In this document: positions 34,555 to 43,773 of the stretch, piece after piece
How positions within the stretch are numbered: position 1 is the stretch's first letter
Layout: each line of letters begins with the position of its first letter
NCBI GenBank assembly: GCA_013316395.1
Contig: WSMU01000002.1
Coordinates: 1 to 43,836, forward strand
DNA: 43,836 nt
Source of the DNA: Alphaproteobacteria bacterium
GTDB lineage: Bacteria > Pseudomonadota > Alphaproteobacteria > Rs-D84
Direction of reading: 5' to 3'
Translations under genes and position numbers: made by a program
The notes under the pieces: generated by a model
Seen by the model: only the letters and a program-made list of their open reading frames with translations
Database searches by the model: none
What the model was told of the DNA's origin: nothing

Positions 34555-35361
34555 TTATTCTCCTATTTTAATTTCCGCCCCACGCAGACCGTTTACAAAA
34601 CTTTTCCAGTCCATGGGCTTTTTACCGGCCGGCTGCAGCCGAACGATTTGTAATTCGCCATCTGATATTTTTGTTTCCAAAATCTTTACATCGATGCCGC
34701 TGATTTTTGTTCGACCCGCCCCCAGGGCGCGAACCTGATTATGAATATCGCGAGGGTCACGCGTCCAGTCTATTATTTCATCATCGCCGGTAAACTTGCG
34801 CGTGAATGTCGGCGTGCCCGTTTGTGCCACGGGCGAATATTTTTCCGGCGACGCCAGATATTGCACCAGCATATCACCGCCGATTTCAGATACACGGTTT
34901 TCTATATCCGCATTCGTATCGTTCTCGCCGATTTCAAATGCACGGCGCATGTAAACATCACCCGCATCCAGTTCGGGCGTTACCTGCATCAGGCAGACCG
35001 CGGACGCGGCATCACCGTTGTAAATCGCGCTGCGTATCGGCGACGGGCCGCGATATTTTGGCAGGTCGCTGGGGTGAATGTTTATACAAGGCGCAGAACC
35101 TAACACATTGTCGCGCAGTATCGCACCATAAGACACAACAACAACCATATCGGGGTGCATGTCATATTCACGCGGATTATGATAAACCGCAATACCCCGA
35201 CCCGCGGCCCAGTCATGGACCGGCGACGGCGTCAGCACATGCCGACGTCCCACAGGTTTGGGTGCCCGGGTATATACCGCCATGATTTCATGACCGGCAT
35301 TTGCTATTTTTTCAAAAATTGGAACGACGAATCCATTCGTTCCCATTAAAACCAGCTTCAT
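34555..35361 (-). CDS. fmt: Methionyl-tRNA formyltransferase
   Basis: 268 aa with HPSDLPKYRGPSPI (the HxSLLPxxRG motif). It overlaps def by 4 nt. Confidence 0.92.
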   Translation of the reverse strand: MKLVLMGTNGFVVPIFEKIANAGHEIMAVYTRAPKPVGRRHVLTPSPVHDWAAGRGIAVYHNPREYDMHPDMVVVVSYGAILRDNVLGSAPCINIHPSDLPKYRGPSPIRSAIYNGDAASAVCLMQVTPELDAGDVYMRRAFEIGENDTNADIENRVSEIGGDMLVQYLASPEKYSPVAQTGTPTFTRKFTGDDEIIDWTRDPRDIHNQVRALGAGRTKISGIDVKILETKISDGELQIVRLQPAGKKPMDWKSFVNGLRGAEIKIGE

Positions 35362-35858
35362 TTGCGTTTCCGTACCTTTCGCATAACCATTTCACGGCGA
35401 ACAGGCGCCAGCAAATCGATGAACAAACGCCCGTCCAGGTGGTCTGTTTCATGCTGCACAATTCGGGCCGGGACGCCGCTCATTTCGGCACCCTGTTTTT
35501 GGCCGTTTTCATCCGTCCATTCGACAACAACCGCCGCCGGGCGAGTTACGTGTGCAAACACCGGCAGATTATCCGGCCCCAGCACGGACAGGCATCCTTC
35601 CTCCATGCAGCATGTTTCATCCGAGACAGAAACAATACGTGGATTTATCATCTTATATACTGTTTCAGTGTCCGGGTCCATCATTACCAGGAATCGTTTT
35701 AAAATTCCAACCTGGGGCGCGGCCAGGCCGACGCCGTTTTGCGCATGCATCATGGAAACCATTTCATCCAATATTCCCAAAATATCGGGTGTGATAGCGT
35801 CAACCGTTGCGCACGTTTCACGCAGCATCATATCCCCGCAAAGTTTCATTTGCAACAT
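35358..35858 (-). CDS. def: Peptide deformylase
   Basis: The three Def motifs are present: GVGLAAPQVG, EGCLS and HETDHLDG. Confidence 0.95.
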   Translation of the reverse strand: MLQMKLCGDMMLRETCATVDAITPDILGILDEMVSMMHAQNGVGLAAPQVGILKRFLVMMDPDTETVYKMINPRIVSVSDETCCMEEGCLSVLGPDNLPVFAHVTRPAAVVVEWTDENGQKQGAEMSGVPARIVQHETDHLDGRLFIDLLAPVRREMVMRKVRKRK

Positions 35859-35900
35859 CTATAAATCCTTTTATAATCGATATTAGCAAAGGATTGGAAA

Positions 35901-36782
35901 ATGACAACTTATATTTTGATATTATTAGTGCTGATTGTTATTCTGCAACTGGCACTTTTGATGCGCCGGCCGGCGATGCCGGATTTGTCCCCCCTGCATG
36001 AAAGCAACACCCGCCTGCGCGAGGTTTTGGCCGACCGCCTGGGGAAGCTGACGCAGAATGCGGCGGAACTGAAAAACATCAGCGGCGATATTGCAAACTT
36101 TAAAAATATCCTGATGGGCAACAAACAGGCACGCGGCACATTTGGCGAACGCCAGCTAGAAGACCTGATTGCAGATATTATGCCGCCGGAAAGCTATGCG
36201 TTTCAATGCGTGCTAAGCACGGGTGTGCGACCGGATTGTGTTATACGCCTGCCGTATCCGCCGGGCGACATGGTAATAGACAGCAAGTTTCCACTGGAAA
36301 GTTACACACGTATGAGTGCGGAGCAAAACGACGGCATGGCACGAAAACAGTTTGAACTGGACGTGCGAAAGCATATTGACGCAATCGCCGAGAAATACAT
36401 TATCCCGGGCACGACCGCAGAATCGGCAATGATGTTTATTGCATCGGAATCGATTTTTGAAATGCTGCATCGCGAGTTTGGGGCGACCGTTGATTATGCG
36501 GCGCGCAAAAAAGTCTTTATCGTATCGCCATCGACCCTGTGGGCGACGCTTAACACGGTGCGTGCGGTATTGTCGGATATAAAAATCAAACGTGTTGCGG
36601 CGCAAATACGCAAGGAGTTGGACCTGCTGCTGACAGACCTGTCGCGGCTGGCGGATAGGGCGGAAAATCTGGGGCGGCACTTTGCCCAGACCAGCACGGA
36701 CATAGACCAGTTGCAGACATCTGTACGAAAAATATCAACGCGGTCGGAAAAGCTGCGCGATATGGATTTTGGCGAGAATTAA
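35901..36782 (+). CDS. rmuC: DNA recombination protein RmuC (short form)
   Basis: N-terminal TM, a coiled coil, then an RmuC nuclease-like core (PDCVIRLPYPPGDMVIDSKFPLESY...MFIASESIF). Confidence 0.85.
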   Translation: MTTYILILLVLIVILQLALLMRRPAMPDLSPLHESNTRLREVLADRLGKLTQNAAELKNISGDIANFKNILMGNKQARGTFGERQLEDLIADIMPPESYAFQCVLSTGVRPDCVIRLPYPPGDMVIDSKFPLESYTRMSAEQNDGMARKQFELDVRKHIDAIAEKYIIPGTTAESAMMFIASESIFEMLHREFGATVDYAARKKVFIVSPSTLWATLNTVRAVLSDIKIKRVAAQIRKELDLLLTDLSRLADRAENLGRHFAQTSTDIDQLQTSVRKISTRSEKLRDMDFGEN

Positions 36783-36806
36783 AAACGGGGCGGCGCCCCG
36801 TTTTTT
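36781..36806. terminator. Bidirectional terminator between rmuC and the second XRE gene
   Basis: AAAAA, then CGGGGC-GGC-GCCCCG, then TTTTTT (stem 36786-36800). Confidence 0.8.
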
Positions 36807-37059
36807 ATAAATCACGTTCGCACCAGAAATCCAGCCCAAACATAAATATTTTTAACATCATGCTATCTGGAATCCGCAGCGCACCGTTTTCATATTTAAT
36901 CCATATATTTTTGGGTATCCCCAGACGCGTGGCCAGGCGGTCCTGGGATATTCCCAGCATAACACGCGCATAGCGTAGTGTCTTGCATGCGGGCGAATAC
37001 GCGTCTAATTCGCTGGCATAGTTCTTAAGCTGAGCTTTACGCTTTTTTGATATTGCCAT
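36805..37059 (-). CDS. Small XRE/Cro-like helix-turn-helix protein (84 aa), paralogue of 3264..3482
   Basis: GGAGGA RBS upstream of ATG 37059. The core LRYARVMLGISQDRLATRLGIPKNIWIKYENG is a typical XRE HTH. Confidence 0.8.
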   Translation of the reverse strand: MAISKKRKAQLKNYASELDAYSPACKTLRYARVMLGISQDRLATRLGIPKNIWIKYENGALRIPDSMMLKIFMFGLDFWCERDL

Positions 37060-37081
37060 TTTTATCCTCCATCGGTTTTAT

Positions 37082-37241
37082 AAAAAAACGTACCGCCCGT
37101 GACGAATGGGCGGTTGGAGGTTCACAACTACTAGAACAATAGTGTTGCTTATTCAATATATTCGCAACCCTCCAACCGGTTGTGGAGTTTTTTTGGTTCT
37201 AAGAGGTTGTGACACCTCACACCGGGGGTCACCCGATGCAA
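37082..37241 (-). ncRNA. Unclassified structured RNA / attenuator-like leader, copy 2
   Basis: Same order of elements as copy 1. Identical blocks lie at 37108-37122, 37168-37190, 37212-37226 and 37229-37240. Helix GUUGC/GCAAC (37144-37168). Terminator CCGCCC-N9-GGGCGG followed by UACGUUUUUUU. Ends are estimated. Confidence 0.65.
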
Positions 37242-37246
37242 TATGG

Positions 37247-37255
37247 ATTATATCA
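37247..37255 (-). promoter_or_regulatory. Extended -10 promoter element (TGaTATAAT) driving RNA copy 2
   Basis: Minus strand reads TGATATAAT. It sits at the same distance from the conserved UGCAUCGGGUGA start block as in copy 1. Confidence 0.55.
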
Positions 37256-37276
37256 TAAAAGTTTTTGCAATCCAGT

Positions 37277-37306
37277 AAAAACGGCGGGTTATTTCCGCCG
37301 TTTTTT
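37277..37306. terminator. Bidirectional terminator overlapping the last codons of ORF 37289..37576
   Basis: ACGGCGG (37281-37287), a 7-nt loop, CCGCCGT (37295-37301). It is flanked by A4 and T6. Confidence 0.7.
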
Positions 37307-37576
37307 CGTTTGCACTTTTGCTTTCTCTTTTTCTTTTCCCAATATATCCAACTGCATTTCTAAAATCGTGCTTTCTTTCTCTTTTATTATATCTAGCAGG
37401 CGGGCGTTTTCCAGTTGCTGCTTTTTCAGGTCCTGCTGGCTGGCCATTACGCGGTCAGAGAGCGTCTTGTTACGGCCACGGCTGAACAGGCCGGTTACAA
37501 CGGCACCGACCAGTGCGCCACTGGACGCGCTAAGCAAATCTGTCAAAGTGTCTATCAATGGAATTGCCATGCGCAC
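37289..37576 (-). CDS. Hypothetical small protein: hydrophobic Gly/Ala-rich N-terminus plus a charged coiled coil
   Basis: 95-aa ORF (GTG start, or ATG at 37570). No clear RBS. The coiled-coil region reads QQDLKKQQLENARLLDIIKEKESTILEMQLDILGKEKEKAK. Confidence 0.4.
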   Translation of the reverse strand: MRMAIPLIDTLTDLLSASSGALVGAVVTGLFSRGRNKTLSDRVMASQQDLKKQQLENARLLDIIKEKESTILEMQLDILGKEKEKAKVQTKKRRK

Positions 37577-37601
37577 ATTATAACGCGCATGGCATATAAT
37601 A

Positions 37602-38207
37602 TCAGCAGGATGCTTTTCTTAAACCCGTTTTGCGGTCAACCCATACGCGGTCGGCGGCAATTTCCATCATCGGCATGTCGGAACGACTGTCGGAATAGCT
37701 GCGAACAACGCGGGGAATATATTTGTTATCACGCGCCCAGTTATCCAATGCGCGGACCTTGTTTTCACCCCAGCACAAGAACTTATATTTCCATGGACGC
37801 GCCGCATCCATTTGCGAGCACATAACCGCATCAAACTTTATATCACGGACCAATGCCGGCAGCAAAAAGTCCGGCGCCGCAGATATCAAAACAACCGTGC
37901 GACCCGCATTACGCTCGGCGGCAACCTGCTCTTTGGCCCAGCCAAAACGCTCCTTTTTATGCAGGCGGATAAAATCCGGTGCAAATTTCTTTACCATTTC
38001 CGGCGTTGTAAAGAGACGTATCGCCTGGCGCCACCAAATGCCATCCGGCTTTACCCAGCGAACAACACCGCACACCGCCATCAGCGGCAGAAAAAGCCAC
38101 GGACGCACCGAATGGCGAAAGCAGTACTTTGCAAACGCCACATTGCAATCATGCGCCGACAGTGTGCCGTCAAAATCAAATACAACAATGTCTTTTTTCT
38201 GTAACAT
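37602..38207 (-). CDS. HAD-IB family hydrolase (PgpC/phosphoserine-phosphatase-like)
   Basis: Motif I DFDGTLS, motif II ISAAPD, motif IV SDSRSDMPM. The likely start is ATG 38207 (MLQKKDIVVF). Confidence 0.8.
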   Translation of the reverse strand: MLQKKDIVVFDFDGTLSAHDCNVAFAKYCFRHSVRPWLFLPLMAVCGVVRWVKPDGIWWRQAIRLFTTPEMVKKFAPDFIRLHKKERFGWAKEQVAAERNAGRTVVLISAAPDFLLPALVRDIKFDAVMCSQMDAARPWKYKFLCWGENKVRALDNWARDNKYIPRVVRSYSDSRSDMPMMEIAADRVWVDRKTGLRKASC

Positions 38208-38309
38208 AACTAACCTTTTGATACTTGTAACGGCGGCATTATAGCAACCTTTTGGGCACACCGCAAATTTTATTACCCTAAAAAAAACGGGGCCATGGGG
38301 CCCCTGTTT

Positions 38310-41300
38310 TTACTTTTTCTTTCTGTGTCTTTTCAGCATTATTTTAACGCGGATACGCGTGCGTTCCAGCAAGAAGAACAGCGCAGGCGTCAGCGTAAAC
38401 GTCCAAATCAACGACGCCAGCATACCACCAATCATAACCGCGGCCATTGCAACCTTCATACCGTCGGTTGACCACAACTGGGGCAGCATACCGGTAATAA
38501 CTGCAATTGATGTCATTAAAACCATGTTCTTTTTGTCCGTTAACTCTGTCCACAATGCGACGCGCGCAACGGCACCTTCGGAGATGCGCTTTATAGTGGG
38601 CTCTAGCACCAGAATGTTATTATTAACCACCAGACCCACCAACATAACGAACGCCAACATCGCACCAACGTTCATAGACGCCCCCGACAGGAACAGCATT
38701 ATGAACACACCGGCAAAGCTGGTTATGATTGACGTTGCAATTGTGAACGGATGCGTTAGCGAATTCAATATAGCCGCCAACAACATGAACGTCAGAATAG
38801 TCGCCAGCAAGAACGCCTGGCCAATTTCGGATGTTGTTTCATCCTGGGTTTCGGACATACCGCCGAACTGAGCGTAATAGCCCGGCTGCCATTCCATTTT
38901 ATCCATGGCGGCCTGAATCTTTTGCTGAACCGGGCCCATTGTCGATTTACCAATATTTATATCGATTTCGGTAATGCGGCTCTTGTCCAGGCGACGTATT
39001 TCAGATGTCGCGGGAACTGTTTGAATGTCACCCAACTGCGACAGTGCAACCATGCCTTTTTGAGAGTTTACATATACATTATCAAACAGAGAACCATTTT
39101 TAAACGGACGCGCAAATTCCAAGATTATCGGATATTCTTCGCCGCGCTCTTTGTACTTGTAATCATCATTACCATACAGTGCGGCACGCAACGACGTTCC
39201 GGCATAGGAATTCTGAACACCCCAGAAGTTCATTTTTTCCTGATTTGGGATAAAGCGAATTTCATTATTCGGTGTCTGCTGAGCCAGGACTGCGGTCGCA
39301 ACCTCCGGTATTTCGTTTATCATGGCAAGGACCTTGGACGCATAACCCTCACGGATGGCATCATCTTCGCCATAGATATTTAACACCATGTCCGATGTCG
39401 ATGATGACGACATGCCCTTGCCGGCCATTACCTGAATTTCAGCGTCGGGAATCTCAGATAATTTTGGCAGCATCTGACGTGCCAGTTTTTTATCGGAGAT
39501 GCGGCGCTCGCCCAGCTCGCGCAGGTCGACCTTTACCGTAATATTCTGCAGACCGTTTTCACCGATTTTTGTCGTTGTCGCGACAACATCCGGAAAATCT
39601 TTCAGCTTTTCTTCTATCTGCTGTGAAATCTGAGCCGACTTTTCATACGTCGCACCCATTGGCGCACGCGCCGTGACCGTGATTTCATTTGTATCGGTTG
39701 ACGGTGAAAATTCGTTACCAACAAACCGAACCAGCATAGAAGATGCAATCAGTACCACAAACGCCATACCAACAACACGCCCCGGATGACGGAACTGATA
39801 ATCAAACCACAGACGCAGCGGTGTTTTTTCCGGAATATCTTTTTCCAATGCGCGCGACTTTGCTTCCTTTGGCGCTGCCAGACGCAAAAACTTTGCAATC
39901 ATCATAGGCGCCAGCGTGAACGAGAACATCAGCGACAACAGTGTCAGATATACAACAGTCATACCAAACTGAGCCATGAACTGGCCGGCGATTCCGCCCA
40001 TAAAGGCCAACGGCAAGAACACAACGACGTTGGTTCCAACACCGGCCAAAACGGAAACGGCGACTTTTTTCGTACCGTCGATGGCGGCATCATCGGGATG
40101 CTTGCCCGCGCGCATTTCCTGGAGGGCGGACTCAATCAAAATAATCGCGTTCGATACCAATGTACCCAGCGCAGAAGAATACGCCAGCAATGTCATCGCA
40201 TTGATTGTAAAGCCAGAGCCATCCATAAAGAAGAAGCCTGCAATCAACGATGCGGGTATCACGACGCCCGCGATAATGGTTGAGCGCCAGTTCCCCGTAA
40301 ACGCCAGCAAAACCAAAACTGTGAATATAATACCCAGTACGATACCCCAGATTGTGCTATATGTTTCATCCAAAACAGATATCGATGAATCCGATGTAAT
40401 CATCATTTCCGCCCCGGGGAAACGTGTCTGCATGTCCGTGGTCAGTGCTGGAAGACGCTCGCGCAGAGCCCTTGAAATTTTAATGGCATTACCGTCATCG
40501 GCCTTTACCACGGATGCAACCACAACATCTTCGCCGTTATAGCGCGCACCGGTTTCCGCATCACGCGCCGCATCGGTTACCGATGCAATATCGGATACTT
40601 TGAAGCGCTGGCCCTCGGCGTTTACTATCTGCAGATTCTCTATTTCAGAAATGGATGCAAATTCACCGATAAAACGAACATTTGACGAATTCGCACTTGA
40701 TTCAATTTTACCACCCGGCACGTTCAAGTTCTTTGACCCCAGGGCCGATACAATATCTACAATCGTAACACCGCGGGCCGCCATTAAATCCGGGTCCATG
40801 GCGATGCGAACCGCGCGCTCGCGCCCACCAAAGACATCAACGCTGGCAACACCAGGTATAGCGGTAATTTTGTTGGACAAGATATTATCCACATACTCTT
40901 CCAAGTCACGCGCCGACGCACCACGCAGAACAATGTCTACAACAGATTCCTGTAGCGGGTTCAGCTTTTCTACAACCGGTTGCTTTAGCGCATCAGGGAA
41001 ATCCGACGCCAAGGAATCGATTTTTGTTTTAACCTCGGCCGCTTTGTCGTTTACATTTACACCCAGATTAAACTCAGCCATTACATAACCGCCGTTCTCA
41101 AACGCACGAGATGTCAGCTTTTTTAAACCCGCAACCTCTGCGATTGCATCTTCGGCCTTTTTAATTACCTGGGATTCTATTTCCGCAGGTTCAGCACCAG
41201 GATATACAAATGTTGCCGTTACCATTGGGAAATCCAGTGACGGTGTTTTTTCAATATTCATTTTCGGGAACGATACCAACCCCAGAACCACCCAGAACAA

Positions 41301-41348
41301 TACAAACATCAATGTTGTAATCGGGCGCCGCACGAAAAAGTTTAGCAT
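38310..41348 (-). CDS. RND-family efflux transporter permease (AcrB-like)
   Basis: 1012 aa with the typical RND N-terminus (FFVRRPITTLMFVLFWVVLG), two large periplasmic loops and 12 TM segments. Confidence 0.93.
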   Translation of the reverse strand: MLNFFVRRPITTLMFVLFWVVLGLVSFPKMNIEKTPSLDFPMVTATFVYPGAEPAEIESQVIKKAEDAIAEVAGLKKLTSRAFENGGYVMAEFNLGVNVNDKAAEVKTKIDSLASDFPDALKQPVVEKLNPLQESVVDIVLRGASARDLEEYVDNILSNKITAIPGVASVDVFGGRERAVRIAMDPDLMAARGVTIVDIVSALGSKNLNVPGGKIESSANSSNVRFIGEFASISEIENLQIVNAEGQRFKVSDIASVTDAARDAETGARYNGEDVVVASVVKADDGNAIKISRALRERLPALTTDMQTRFPGAEMMITSDSSISVLDETYSTIWGIVLGIIFTVLVLLAFTGNWRSTIIAGVVIPASLIAGFFFMDGSGFTINAMTLLAYSSALGTLVSNAIILIESALQEMRAGKHPDDAAIDGTKKVAVSVLAGVGTNVVVFLPLAFMGGIAGQFMAQFGMTVVYLTLLSLMFSFTLAPMMIAKFLRLAAPKEAKSRALEKDIPEKTPLRLWFDYQFRHPGRVVGMAFVVLIASSMLVRFVGNEFSPSTDTNEITVTARAPMGATYEKSAQISQQIEEKLKDFPDVVATTTKIGENGLQNITVKVDLRELGERRISDKKLARQMLPKLSEIPDAEIQVMAGKGMSSSSTSDMVLNIYGEDDAIREGYASKVLAMINEIPEVATAVLAQQTPNNEIRFIPNQEKMNFWGVQNSYAGTSLRAALYGNDDYKYKERGEEYPIILEFARPFKNGSLFDNVYVNSQKGMVALSQLGDIQTVPATSEIRRLDKSRITEIDINIGKSTMGPVQQKIQAAMDKMEWQPGYYAQFGGMSETQDETTSEIGQAFLLATILTFMLLAAILNSLTHPFTIATSIITSFAGVFIMLFLSGASMNVGAMLAFVMLVGLVVNNNILVLEPTIKRISEGAVARVALWTELTDKKNMVLMTSIAVITGMLPQLWSTDGMKVAMAAVMIGGMLASLIWTFTLTPALFFLLERTRIRVKIMLKRHRKKK

Positions 41349-41375
41349 TTTATTTTCTCCTGTCTCTTTCGAATC

Positions 41376-42005
41376 TTACTTTTCTACCCTTATCTTGTCA
41401 CCCGCAGAAACACGCGACAAAATCACAATATCACCGTCATCTAATCCGGATGTAATGTATGCCGTATCCGCGTCCGTGCGCGAAACACTAACTGTTACCG
41501 GAACCGCAACACCGTCACGGGCAACAAATACAACGCCGTTGTTTACTGCATAAACAGGGACAAAATATCCTGTGGCACTAAACTCTGCAAACTGCATGCC
41601 GTCTGTGACACCGCGCGTACGAACAACATGCATACCGGTATCTAAATCTATGTTTGATGACACAGATACAATTTCACCACCACCAACTTTTTGCCCCGCA
41701 CGCAACAGCGCCGCACGCGCACCAGAAACATAAGAGCGGTTGTTTTTTACCGTCAGCGGCTCGCGTACGATGCCGGGGGCGCGACGGATTTCCAGCACTT
41801 CGACCGGGACACCGTTTAATGCCGCATCGCGCGCAGGATTAAATACCTGAAGGCGATTCTGGGCACCGATTACGGCAAAGCGAAACAATACCCAGCACGC
41901 CAGTGCAACAACAAAACAAATATAAAACGTTTTTTTGCCGCGCGGCGTTTTAGCCCATTCGCCAACGCGTATTAGTTTTTCTTTCATTCCTTCCATTTTA
42001 CTCAC
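41376..42005 (-). CDS. Unusually short periplasmic adaptor (membrane-fusion protein-like), 209 aa
   Basis: An N-terminal TM anchor followed by beta-rich sequence. Its position between the TolC-like and RND genes and the 8-nt overlap with the upstream gene support the call. It is too short to hold the lipoyl and alpha-hairpin domains. Confidence 0.6.
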   Translation of the reverse strand: MSKMEGMKEKLIRVGEWAKTPRGKKTFYICFVVALACWVLFRFAVIGAQNRLQVFNPARDAALNGVPVEVLEIRRAPGIVREPLTVKNNRSYVSGARAALLRAGQKVGGGEIVSVSSNIDLDTGMHVVRTRGVTDGMQFAEFSATGYFVPVYAVNNGVVFVARDGVAVPVTVSVSRTDADTAYITSGLDDGDIVILSRVSAGDKIRVEK

Positions 42006-43329
42006 CCAGTTTTTTTACCGCTTCCGCAGACATTAAAATATTGTACTTTGCATTCAACAGCGCCATATCCAGCTGGTACAGACCGGCGGAAACCTCGGCC
42101 AGTTCGATGGCTGATGTCTGGCCTGCGGCAAAACGTTCGGTTGAAAACTGATATGTTTTCGCCGCCAGATTACGCGCATTCTCTAGCGTGGCCAGATTTC
42201 CGCGCAAATGATTATATTTCTTTATTGCATTGTCATATTCTTCCGTTTTCAGTTTTTTGGACTTATCAAGGTCTTGGCGCGCGGCCTCTGCGTCCATGGC
42301 ATCGATTGTTGCATTTGCGCGAATTGCACCACCGTGGAATATCGGCATCTGAAGCGCCAGCCCCCAATAAGCAGACTGCGAACCCTTGGAGTCAAACATA
42401 GTGTCAAATTCATGACCCATACCCATATAATTATAGGATGCAGTCGCCGCCAATGTCGGCAGATACTCTGCGCGCGATGATTTTGCCTTGGACTCGTACA
42501 TCTGAACCTGCTGGGTCAGGATGTCCCATTCCGGATTGCTTTTCAGCGGAGCACCGTCAATCGCCGCAAACGTTTTTGGAAAATTATCCGTCAGCGTTAT
42601 TTCTTCGTCCATGTCAATACCGGCCAAAATCTTTAACATCCGATACGCCGTATCACGGTTAAATTCCGCATCCGAAAGATTGATTTCTTTTGATGCGATA
42701 TCCGATTCTATCTTTACCAGATTTATTCTGTTGGCACGACCGGCCGCCGCCAAATTACGACGTGCAGAACGCGCCGCATCCAAATCAGCGCGCGCAATTT
42801 TTACAATATCATCCGTCATTTTTGCGGTCCAGTAAATATCCGCCGCGCTGTACTTTACCTCGCGCAGGGTCAGCTCGCGGCTGCTTTCTGACATCTTTAT
42901 CGCCGCCTTGACGCTTTTTACCGCATTACCTATTTTACCAAAAGTATAAATAGGCTGGGACGCGGTAATGCCGGCCATAAATATATTATCGGGAATTTGG
43001 ATATTAACCGACTGGTCTTTTAGCGATTCAGAAATAAGCCCACCAAATGCAGGCGGCAAATCAATGCTTTTTGACTTTGACGGGTTTTCTACATTTATCA
43101 GGTTCATGTATGACGCACTGCCGTCGATTTTCAACCAGCGATTTGCATTCGCAGCCGACAACTGAGCCTGAGCCTTTTTTACATTTGCATCAGCCTTTTT
43201 TACATCTTGTGATTCTGCGACAATTTTATCCACCGCCGCCGACAACGATAAATCCATCGCCGCGGCCGGCATGGTAAACAAAACCACCCCCAGGGCCCCT
43301 AGGCCGCATATTTTTTTTGCATTATGCAT
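41998..43329 (-). CDS. TolC-family outer-membrane efflux protein
   Basis: 443 aa with a signal peptide (LFTMPAAAMD) and two OEP-type repeats with long helical segments. Confidence 0.88.
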   Translation of the reverse strand: MHNAKKICGLGALGVVLFTMPAAAMDLSLSAAVDKIVAESQDVKKADANVKKAQAQLSAANANRWLKIDGSASYMNLINVENPSKSKSIDLPPAFGGLISESLKDQSVNIQIPDNIFMAGITASQPIYTFGKIGNAVKSVKAAIKMSESSRELTLREVKYSAADIYWTAKMTDDIVKIARADLDAARSARRNLAAAGRANRINLVKIESDIASKEINLSDAEFNRDTAYRMLKILAGIDMDEEITLTDNFPKTFAAIDGAPLKSNPEWDILTQQVQMYESKAKSSRAEYLPTLAATASYNYMGMGHEFDTMFDSKGSQSAYWGLALQMPIFHGGAIRANATIDAMDAEAARQDLDKSKKLKTEEYDNAIKKYNHLRGNLATLENARNLAAKTYQFSTERFAAGQTSAIELAEVSAGLYQLDMALLNAKYNILMSAEAVKKLGE

Positions 43330-43335
43330 ACTGTA

Positions 43336-43773
43336 CTACTCCATATTTTTCAAAATGCTGTTTATTGTTTTTAGCGCACCGGACATGGTGCGCTCGTCCG
43401 CGGACGAGAGCGTTGTAAACATAGACGCTATTCCGGCACGAAAATTTTCAAGAACACGCTGCGCCAGTTCACAGCCCGCCTCTGTTACTGAATACCAAAC
43501 GTTACGGCGATCGTTTTCATCCATTATTCGCCGAATTAGACCGTCCCGCTCCAGCTTGCGGAAAGACGCACACAGATTTGGTGTCGATACCCCCTCGCGG
43601 CGGGCAATATCTTTTAGACGACCACGACCACCCAAATACAAACGCACCAGCACAACCATCTGATTGCGCGGATAGCCAGACACGTGCGCGGGATTTACAT
43701 GCAGTCTGTCCGCCAAGCGGTCCAGAAGCATAACATTTTCTTCCATTAAGTTAACAAATTCCTTGCGCGGCAT
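43336..43773 (-). CDS. MarR-family transcriptional regulator
   Basis: Winged-helix core RLKDIARREGVSTPNLCASFRKLERDGLIRR. AAGGA RBS upstream of ATG 43773. It is first in the efflux operon. Confidence 0.88.
   Translation of the reverse strand: MPRKEFVNLMEENVMLLDRLADRLHVNPAHVSGYPRNQMVVLVRLYLGGRGRLKDIARREGVSTPNLCASFRKLERDGLIRRIMDENDRRNVWYSVTEAGCELAQRVLENFRAGIASMFTTLSSADERTMSGALKTINSILKNME

Noticed and set aside
34555-36782. fmt (268 aa) and rmuC (293 aa) are shorter than typical homologues, raising the possibility of pseudogenes
   Set aside because: Both retain intact N-termini, catalytic or core motifs and proper starts and stops. They look like compact but complete versions.
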